Shown here piece by piece: positions 38,401-47,000 of a stretch of DNA of 64,000 nt. Under the pieces are notes generated by a model that worked only from the letters and a program-made list of their open reading frames with translations, ran no database searches and was not told the DNA's origin. Origin of the DNA: Polyangiaceae bacterium. GTDB lineage: Bacteria; Myxococcota_A; Polyangia; Polyangiales; Polyangiaceae. Made by a program: the position numbers and the translations under genes. The stretch covers positions 2,944,001-3,008,000 of the forward strand of contig CBDCTZ010000016.1 in the NCBI GenBank assembly GCA_965222375.1. Direction: 5' to 3'. Numbering within the stretch: position 1 is the stretch's first letter; each line of letters begins with the position of its first letter.

Positions 38401-41012
38401 TTCGGCAATGCGCCATGGGTGGCCGCGACGAGCCGATCCAGAACGCGATGCAGGCGGTCTCCCGCCAGAGATTCGAGGGTTCGCTGGTGCTCTAGGCGCC
38501 TGCTCAGGATTGCGATGATCGCCAGCGCTTGATGGGCGACGCGCTCATGAGAGCGATTGATTCGTACCAACGCCGCCTCGAGCTTCGGCGTGCGCTCGAG
38601 AGACGAAACTCCGTAGTGGCCTACGGCGCGGGATAGCTTGTCAACGAAACTGGCGGGCAGGCCAGCGCCTTCGGGGTCCATGGTTGCTAGCCAGTTGATC
38701 AGATACTCTTGGGTCGAACCGCGATCTGCGCCGTCTGGATCGTCGATGACTGGCCGACGACGGAACAGCGAATGCACGTCGACGAAGGCCTCCATGATCT
38801 GGAGCTCCGCGTCGTCCAACCTCGGGAGGTCCGCGGACAAACTCCGCCACTCCGATGCAATCTCCTGGGCGGCGCCCGCGTCGATGTCGAAACCCAGTAC
38901 GAGTGCTTGCAGTCTCAGGAAGGTCCTTTGAAAGTCATGTCGTTCGCTTTTTGCCAAATCGCTGCGGAATTCGACGGGAGTTGAACGCTTCCCGGTTTCG
39001 TCATCCTCGCTCGGCTCTAGCGTGAGCAGTTGAGCACCCGCATCGACTTGCACGTTGGTGTTGACCACGATCTCTTTTACGCGGCCACTAACGGGCGCCG
39101 TGACGCTGAGCTCCATTTTCATGGCTTCCAGCACCATTACGCGGTCCCCGGCGGCCACTGTGTCGCCGACCGCCACGGGAATGCGGAGCACGACCGCGGG
39201 CGCGGGCGCGCGTATGATACCTCCAGCGTCCCGAGATACGCGATGCGGTGTCCCGTCTACCTCAACCAGAGTGTCGGTTCCCTGGGGGATGGCCAAGGTT
39301 CGATAGGTTTGGTCTCCGACAGTGAGGCGGCGCTCGAACCGCCCCAAACGCTCGACGGTGACCGGTATCCAGGTTTCTTCGGACTTGATGCGAAGCTCCT
39401 CCGGTCCGACTTGCATCACGCGAAGCCGATACGAGACCCCGTGATAAGTGAGGTCTACGGTGCAACCCACTTCCGAATCGAGCTTGGGGCGACCCCGGGC
39501 CGCCGACGCGAAGAAGCTCGCGGTTCGAAGGCCAAACTCCTCCCAGTACGCTTCCGCGGCTGCCTGGAGCAACGCGATGTCCGCGTTGGCCGGAAGCCGG
39601 TCGTCTACCTCGGCCGTGATTCGGTCGAGCCAGGCATTGTCCACACTGGAGTCCCGCACTTCTTGGCGCGACACCAAGTCCAGTAGGAACGCCTTGTTGC
39701 TGGTGCCGCCGCCGATGACCACCGTGGTCTCGTCTAGTGCGCGACCAAGTCGGGCTAGCGCCTCTTCGCGCGTCCTGCCGTGAGCGATCAGCTTTGCGAT
39801 CATCGAATCAAACTCAGGTGCAACAGAGTCACCTTCGCTGACACCTGTGTCGACGCGCAGCCCAGGTCCGGCCGGCAGTCGAAACAATTCGATCGCACCC
39901 GGGGCGGGCGCGAAGCCGTTGTCCGGGTCCTCGGCATTGAGTCGCACTTCGATGGCGTGCCCCAAAGACGGTGGTGCCTCGCCTTCCAACAGGCCCCCCC
40001 GCGCCACGTGAAGTTGTAGCTTCACCATGTCCAGCCCGGTGGTCATTTCCGTGACCGTATGCTCGACCTGCAGTCGCGCGTTCACCTCCAAGAAGGAGAA
40101 CGTTTTCGTGTCCGGTTCGTACAGGAACTCCACGGTGCCGGCGTTGTGGTAGCCAGCCGCCGCCGCGAGGCGCTGGGCTGCCTGCCGAATGCTCTGGTCC
40201 TGCTCGGTGTCGAGCGCCGGTGACGGCGCCTCCTCCAGGACCTTCTGGTGCCGCCGCTGGATCGTGCAGTCTCGGACTCCCACGGCCCAGACCGTACCGG
40301 CCTGGTCGCCAATGACTTGGACTTCGATGTGTCGCGCTCCGCCAACCCGACGCTCCAGGAACACGCGCGGGTCGCCGAAGGCTGACGCCGCCTCTGCCTG
40401 GGCAGACTCGAAGGCCTCCTGCAACTCGGCTTCCGAGCGCACCTCTCGAATGCCGCGCCCTCCCCCGCCGGAGCTGGCCTTGACCATCAGCGGATAGTCG
40501 AGGCGTCGTGCGTGCTCGAGTGCCTCCTCGACGCTGTTCACTGCATCTCCGCTCCAAGGAGCGATGGGAACTTCGGCCCGTTCGGCCAACTGCTTCGAGC
40601 GTATCTTGTCCCCGAGCTTTCGCATGACAGCCGACGTGGGGCCGACGAATACGATTTCCTTCTTCTCGCACAGCTCGGCGAAGTCGGCGTGCTCAGCCAC
40701 GAAGCCCCATCCCACCCAAACGGCGTCCGCTTTTGCTTCGTCCAGAGCTTGCTCGAGGGCCGCATAGTCGAGGTAGCGGTTCTTACGCTTGCCGCCTTTT
40801 GGGTCCTCGAAGGTGGCGCTGCCTAGGCTCACAGCTTCGTCGGCCTCACGCACGAACATGGCGCGGGCGTCGGAATCTGTGAAAAGGGCAATCGTCCTCA
40901 TCTTGTCGCCGCCCTCGCGGTTGCTTTCGCGCACGGCGTGAATCAGGCGCATTGCGGGTTCACCGCGATTGACGATAGCTAGACGTCGGATCTGGCGCTT
41001 CATCGTATTCAT
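35472..41012 (-). CDS. Single-chain acyl-CoA carboxylase (BC-BCCP-central-CT), about 1846 aa
   Basis: NRGEPAMR, GGGGRG, QRRHQK, EVNARLQVEH (BC); EAMKME biotin site; CT-like ANLSGFDG, HGGAFVV. ATG at 41012 overlaps the PKS stop (ATGA). Confidence 0.9.
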   Translation of the reverse strand: MNTMKRQIRRLAIVNRGEPAMRLIHAVRESNREGGDKMRTIALFTDSDARAMFVREADEAVSLGSATFEDPKGGKRKNRYLDYAALEQALDEAKADAVWVGWGFVAEHADFAELCEKKEIVFVGPTSAVMRKLGDKIRSKQLAERAEVPIAPWSGDAVNSVEEALEHARRLDYPLMVKASSGGGGRGIREVRSEAELQEAFESAQAEAASAFGDPRVFLERRVGGARHIEVQVIGDQAGTVWAVGVRDCTIQRRHQKVLEEAPSPALDTEQDQSIRQAAQRLAAAAGYHNAGTVEFLYEPDTKTFSFLEVNARLQVEHTVTEMTTGLDMVKLQLHVARGGLLEGEAPPSLGHAIEVRLNAEDPDNGFAPAPGAIELFRLPAGPGLRVDTGVSEGDSVAPEFDSMIAKLIAHGRTREEALARLGRALDETTVVIGGGTSNKAFLLDLVSRQEVRDSSVDNAWLDRITAEVDDRLPANADIALLQAAAEAYWEEFGLRTASFFASAARGRPKLDSEVGCTVDLTYHGVSYRLRVMQVGPEELRIKSEETWIPVTVERLGRFERRLTVGDQTYRTLAIPQGTDTLVEVDGTPHRVSRDAGGIIRAPAPAVVLRIPVAVGDTVAAGDRVMVLEAMKMELSVTAPVSGRVKEIVVNTNVQVDAGAQLLTLEPSEDDETGKRSTPVEFRSDLAKSERHDFQRTFLRLQALVLGFDIDAGAAQEIASEWRSLSADLPRLDDAELQIMEAFVDVHSLFRRRPVIDDPDGADRGSTQEYLINWLATMDPEGAGLPASFVDKLSRAVGHYGVSSLERTPKLEAALVRINRSHERVAHQALAIIAILSRRLEHQRTLESLAGDRLHRVLDRLVAATHGALPNVNDLARELRHICFDEKIFEAARRATYNRVTGVIDSIGTPDAAPDEIMRALVECPQPLSHRLIARSQDASAKARLVMLEALTRRLYRIRSLEGLWSRETDGRPYVGARYKHDEQQVTLIATIATASNLEDAAKHLASKALKVPAGERCVADLHLWCPTGEEQPSADALIKVFDRTLADSDIDRVAVTLTGPTDTLQNDEKCRHLTLRERDGSFYEDLTWPGLHSLMAKRMHLWRLRHFKLQRLPSPEDVNVFHAIARDNPKDERIFAVAEIRDLTPVRDEEGRIVALPHLEGMLLETLAVIRAFQAKRDARARLQWNRVLLYIWPPVGQELSELHTIVRKLAPATEGLGLEQVVVHMNVPDPKTGKLVERVMRTTTTVGSGLHVSFEEPVDEPQPTLTAYEQNVVRLRSRGLTYPYEIVKLLTAARVEAGTEFPPGEFQEYDLDDKNQLVAINRPPGQNTAHVVVGVITNFTAKVPEGMKRVAILGDASKEMGSVAEPECRRILAALDLARELDVPVEWFTLSAGAKIAMQSGTENMDWVAAVLKGLIDFTQDGREVNVVVCGINVGAQPYWNAEATMLMHTRGILVMAPESAMVLTGKQALDYSGSVSAEDNQGIGGYERIMGPNGQAQYYAQDIAGSCRILLAHYDHTYVVPGEGSPRRAQSSDSKDRDVSASPHDGGEFKTIGEVFSAEMNPGRKKPFDIRSVMRAVVDTDSTPLERWTDMRHAEVTVVWDAHMGGYPVCLLGLESKPVPRYGFLPADGPPTWTAGTLFPQSSKKTARALNSASGNRPVVALANLSGFDGSPESMRRLQLEYGAEIGRAIVNFDGPIVFCVVSRYHGGAFVVFSKTLNDQMEVIALEGAHASVIGGAPAAAVVFARDVKRRTQKDPRLAELSNQLAAASGAEKATIRSRLAELTPIVHSEHLAAVAQEFDSIHSVERALSVGSLDHIIPAAQLRPFLVQAVKRGLERWRARKP

Positions 41013-44000
41013 CCCTCCGTCGACTCGTCGGATAGCGCAACTGTCTTGTAGCCCTCGAGGCGAAGATGCACTTTTCCGGACGCATCCACGATTCGGGCGT
41101 CGAAGGCCCCACTCTCCGCGGGCGTTACGCGCGCATAAAGGCCGCTGACCCCATTGTCGGGTGCGCCACCGAGGATCACCCGGCCGATCTTCCAGGGTAG
41201 CGCCATCCTCCCGCTCTGGTTCCGTTCCCAAATCCCGGCGGTCTGGAAACACAACTCGATCCAGCGAGGACTGGCCAGGGTTGGGCTCGCTGCGGGCTCG
41301 TGGTTTGGTGGAAGCGCATTGGCCCAGCGCCCGAGGGCCTGCTCTCCTTCTAGCCAGAGTCGGTCGAGAACCTGATAGGCCGGCCCGTGGAAATAGAAGT
41401 CGTAGATGTTGGCCGACTCCACGGCTTCGGCGTTGGGCTCTTCCGGCGCTTCCTCGACCGCCACCTCGGTTGCGTCAATGGGGACCATTCGAACGTCGGC
41501 AACGAAATGAGTCGTCACCTGCGGTTCCTCATGCATCGGCAATTTGCGGGACCCCGTGAGCTTGCATTGCACGATGACTTCGTCACCGACGACATAGGGA
41601 AGTGCGTGCAACGTCAGCGTCCGCGGCTCCGAGCGGTACAACTTGAAGGGAGCCAAGAACTGAACGCCCTCGACGGCTCGGACCCGAAGGTCTGGGGCGA
41701 CGAGTTTGGCGAGTTCGGCGAACGCCTCGATGCCCATCACGCCGGGAAGTACCGGCGTGCCGTCGATGCGGTGGTCGTTCAAGAAAGGCTGTGAGGCTTC
41801 CAAGTCGGTTTCGACCTGAAGACCACTGTAGGGGCCCATGGACGTCACCCGGCCGAGCATCGGCCCGTCGCGTTCCGCGTCGAGCGGTCTGGCGGCGGCC
41901 CCTCCCGCCTCGGCCCGCTCGGCCAAAAGGGCGCCGAGTTCTAAGGCGACCACGAGTTCGGCTCGTGTGCCGGCGGTGAGTTCATTTCGTATCACGGGGA
42001 TACCCAGCTCCGGTGGCAACATGCCGATACCAGCCATCTCCATCATCTTTGGAATCGACCCGCGGGCTGCCATGCCGATGTCGGCCCAGGCGGTCCAGTC
42101 CAGAGCAATGCCGAGGGTCTCGGGCCGCGACGAGCGAAAGTTCGACACCATCTTGCAAAGCAGATCGTTCGCTGCGCTGTAGTCGGTTTGTCCTCCGTTG
42201 CCGAAGCGACCCGCGATTGAGCTGAATACGACAGCGGCGCGGAGAGGCATGTCTCCGATTGCGCTCAGCAAGTTGAACCAGCCATCTGCCTTGACATCGA
42301 AGACCAGCTCGAACTGCTCGTCGGGTTTGTCCGACAGGTTTCGGCTGATTTCCAGACCGGCGGCATGCAGCAGCACATCAACCCGTTGGTGGTCAGCGCG
42401 CACTCGGTCGATCGCAGCGGATACGGCGTTCGAATCTCGGAGATCCACCTGGTGATACACCGCTCGGCCACCGGCTTCTTCAACCGCGAGCATCGCATCG
42501 AGCGCGGATCTAGCGCGTTCAATGCTAGCGAGTTGTTTTTCGACCGCCGCAGGTGTGGCGCGCTCCCCAGCCGCTTTCATGCGTTCGAATAGGTCGCGTT
42601 TGAGCCCATCGCGATCTGACTGGAACCTGGAAAGGTCTGCATCGTTTCGGTCTGGCTCGGGGGCGAGGTCGAGCAGATGGAACGTCCCGCCCGAAGCCGC
42701 CGCTAGGTCCTTGGTAATCGCTGACACGATGCTGCCAGCAGCGCCGGTGACGATGAAAACGGTGTCGTTGCCGAGCGCCAGACCACCGCCGGGTGCAGCC
42801 GCGCCGTGCTCTAGAAGAGTAACCGAATAGCGCCGGCTTCCTTGTCGGCCTATTTCCATCGCCCCTGGGTCGTACAGGGTTTCGTCGATTAGGGCACCGG
42901 CGACGGCCTCTCTGTCGGCGTCGGATTCCACGTCAACGACCTTGACCAGAGCAGCGTCACGCTCACGGCCTAGTGCTTTCGTGAAGCCACTGACTGCGCC
43001 GCCCATGGGCGATTGTGCCCCTCCGGCGTCATAGCCGTGTCGGCCTCCCATCCGGGTCGCGGAAACGAAGAAGCGGCCTGAGCTCTCGAGTTGGTCATAG
43101 ACAGCGCGCGCAGTGGTCGCCAGGAGCTTCACCCTGAGCCGCAGCTCTTCGCGCCAACGAGGCAGGTCCAGTTCGCCGATGGGCGGTTCTGCATCTGCGC
43201 CAGCCAACCAGTAGACGCCGGTGACGGGGCCGGCCGCCGCATAATCGGCCAGGCGTTGTTCGAGTTCCTCTGCTGAGGGCGCCCCTTCGACCAGGAGCGT
43301 GTCGACGCCGCGCCCGCGTAACCGCTCGACCAGCGCGGTGCCGACTCCACCGCGGTCGAGCATGACGACAACCCGGCTGCCTTGGGCGAGTTCAATGCCG
43401 GTGGGGTTGCATGCGTCGAGGGTTGGCCGCAGCGTGGCCACTGCCTCTCGCCTCGGGAGGGTCTTGGCTCCTGCGGTCTTCGCCGCGGCCTCGGGTGCGG
43501 CAGCCACCGCACTGCGTTCGCTCGTCGCTCCCAGATCGGGTTTCCGGTCAAAGACGAACTGAACGACGTGGGCGAGGGTGGGGAAGTCGCGGAGCTTGAG
43601 GTTTTCTTCTCGTGGGATGTCGTAGGCTTCCCGCACGGCCGCAAAGGTTTCCGCTTGTTTGACCGTATCGATTCCGAGGTCTGCTTCTAGGTCGAGGTCC
43701 ATGTCGAGCATGTCCGGCGGGTAGCCGGTTTGTGCCGCGACTATCTCCAATACGCGGGTTTGCACGGGGTTGCCCTCGCCCTGGCCCGTCGAAGATGCTT
43801 CAGGGGCTGCGGTGGGTTCGGACGCCGCCGCCTGCAAGTCGGGCTTGCGGTCGAAGACGAACTGAACGACGTGGGCGAGGGTGGGGAAGTCGCGGAGCTT
43901 GAGATTCTCTTCTCGTGGGATGTCGTAGGCTTCCCGCACGGCCGCGAAGGTTTCCGCTTGTTTGACCGTATCGATTCCGAGGTCTGCTTCTAGGTCGAGG

Positions 44001-47000
44001 TCCATGTCGAGCATGTCCGGCGGGTAGCCGGTTTGTGCCGCGACTATCTCCAGCACTCGAGCTTGAACGGGATCAACGGCCTGCGCAGCGGGTGCAGACG
44101 TTGCGGCGGGCGCAGCCGGCGAAGTTGCGGTCGCCGCGGCCGTCTGCGAACGCAGATCTGGCTTGCGGTCGAAAACGAATTGCACGACGTGGGCGAGGGT
44201 GGGGAAGTCGCGGAGCTTGAGATTCTCTTCTCGTGGGATGTCGTAGGCTTCGCGAACGGCCGCGAAGGTTTCCGCTTGTTTGACCGTGTCGATGCCGAGA
44301 TCGGCCTCCAGATCGAGATCCATGTCCAACATGTCTGGCGGGTAGCCGGTCTGTGTTGCGACAATCTCCAGCACCCGGGCCTGTACGGGGTCGACGCTGT
44401 CAGCAGCCGCTGCGGGCGCGGGTGTTGCTACGGGCGCTGCCGTCGAAGCAGTGGTCGCCTGGGGTGCCTGTGATCGCAGTTCGGGCTTGCGGTCGAAGAC
44501 GAATTGAACGACGTGGGCCAGGGTCGGGAAGTCTCGCAGTTTGAGGTTTTCTTCCCGCGGGATGTCATAGGCCTCACGCACGGCGGCGAAGGTCTCCGCC
44601 TGTTTGACCGTGTCGATTCCCAGATCGGCTTCCAAGTCGAGGTCCATGTCCAACATGTCTGGGGGATACCCAGTTTGCTGAGCCACTATCTCGAGTACGC
44701 GTGCCTGAACGGGATCCACGGTCGGCGCGGTCGGCGCAGGTGCAGGTGCGGGTGCGGGTAGTGCAGCTGCGGCGGGCGGCGCCGGTGCGACGGGCCTGGG
44801 AGCGGCCGGAGCGGCGGGCTGCGTCGTAGGTGCCAGCCGTGGCGTCACCCGCACAGGAGGCTTGGCCGGCGTTACTCGGTCGAGATCGCGGGTGGCTGGG
44901 CCCCGGTCAGCGATCTTCAGAGTTCGCTTGTCTTCGATCAGTTCCGGTGAGGCGTCACCGCTGACTCGCGCCAGCCAGGCTTGCCAGGTTGCGTCATCGT
45001 GGATGCGGTAGCGATAGCCCAGTGAATCCGGCTCAGGGTGTCCGCCTCCGGGTGGCGGAACGCGGCGCATCAGCGTCATGCTGATTTGGGATCCGAAGCC
45101 GGCGCCCAAGCGCAGGGCATAGCGTACCGGGTAGTTGCCACCCTTCGACAGGTTGAGTTGCCCGAGTTCTGGATCTACCTCCGAGTAATTGGCCACGGGG
45201 GGGACGACCGACGTTTCTAGCGCCTTGATGGCGACGACATCTTCGATACCAACTCCCATGGGGTGGCCCGTGAATCCCTTGGTATTCGCAATGACCACCT
45301 CGTCTGCGTTCTTGCCAAACACGCTTCGCAAAGCGTGGATTTCGGCGCTTGCGCTGCCACCGCGAGCCGGCGTGTAGGTCTCGTGAGAAACGAACATGAG
45401 CTCCCGCGCCATTTCGGAGCGGGACACGCCGGTCACCGCTTCCGCCTGGCTGACCAGGTTCTCCATCACGCCGCAAATGTGATTGACGTCGAGGCGTGTG
45501 CCGTGGAACGCGCTGTTCGCAGTCGTTGTGGCGAGCACATCGCACAGAGGGGTCAATCCTCGCTGCGCCGTCTCCGACTCGGCCTCAACCACCACAGCGG
45601 CTGCACCCATCCCCAAGAGCATGCCGTGTCGTCGCTTGTCGAAGGGCAGCGCCGCTTTCTCTACGACGTCATCCGTGGCGGCGGCTCCGGTAATCAGGAA
45701 CCCAGCGCCCATCCACTCGAGCAGGTTGTCGCTCGTGACATCATCCGCCGCCACGATCACGACGCGTCGACAGCGGCCCATTCGGATCCAGTCTTCCGCA
45801 ATTGCTACTGCCTGAGTGGTGCTCGCGCAGGCTGCGTTGACCTGAGTGTTCGGCCCCCGCGCGCCAATGAACTCAGCGAACTGCGAGTGCCCCATGGACA
45901 GGATGCGAAACAGGTAGCGGCGGTCGAAAGTGAAACCACTCTTTTCGAGTTCATGCTCGAGTTCGTGGGTCCGTCGCTCCAGCTCCTCCACCAGCGCAGG
46001 CTCGCTGCCGCTGGATAGCTTTGATCGCAGCGCGGCGATCAGATCGAGCTGCTCGTGGGCAGCTCGATCCTGGTGATAGCGCGCCATGTCCGCGGCGAAC
46101 TCATCGTACCCGGGAAACGCGGATGCGAAGACCACGCCAGTCTCGTCGCGGAGCTCCTCGGGCAGGATCCAGCGCTCGGGTAGATAGCTGCCTGTGGTCG
46201 TCTTCTTGTAGTGCATCACCAGTGGGATGCCGGCATCGCGCAGTGCGTCCAGCCCGGCTGCCATTGCCAGCTGAGTGGCTCTCCCGAGAGCGGGCGTCCG
46301 GTCATTGCTGACTCCGAACTCGCTCTCGAGATCGAACTCCTTGGCGCGGGCCGCGAGTCGAATCACGTCGTCTTGGTCATCGATCTTCTCGAAGCTCGCC
46401 CCGCGCTCTTCGCTCTTGACCAGCCGGGTGATGTGCTTGTCGAGCATGGCCTGGCGGAACTTCGATGGAATGACATCAATGAACTGCTCGCCGTGGAGAA
46501 TTCGAGAAACGTTTCCGTCGTCGAATACCTTGGGCGCACCTGGCAGGCCCAGTGCCGCTCCTGAGACCACCACGGGCTCTGTCGAGCCGCCACCGACACC
46601 CAGTAGAGACGCGCCCCGCTGTACGAACTCCTCGAACAAGTGCCCAAGCTGTTGGTATCGGTCCCCAGCACCCGCGAAGTTCGCGGCCTGCTGCGTGTAC
46701 TGGGGAGCTGGCGCCGGCTGCGGGTTCGCCGTGGGTGGTACGCCACTACTGCGGACTTCCGGGGCGGGAGCCGATGCTCGAGAGTCTTGTGCCTGGACTC
46801 CAGCCGCCCACATGCCACACAGCGCACGCGTGAAGCCTTCCACATCCGTGAACTTCGGGTGGTTGGTGAACAGGGACTCGAAGTCCCGACCCCGGAGCAC
46901 ATCGTCAACCATGCCCTGAAGGGCCCGTTTTGGTCCGACCTCAACGAACAGTCGTGCGCCGGCGGCGTACAGTGTTTCGAGTCCTTTGACGAACTGTACG

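Noticed and set aside
41013..41252. ORF-track N-terminal extensions (also 5022-5282, 9818-9883, 53613-53786, 60689-60988, 61927-62340)
   Set aside because: They overlap neighbouring genes or promoters; downstream starts with an RBS, stop-start coupling or a domain boundary fit better.
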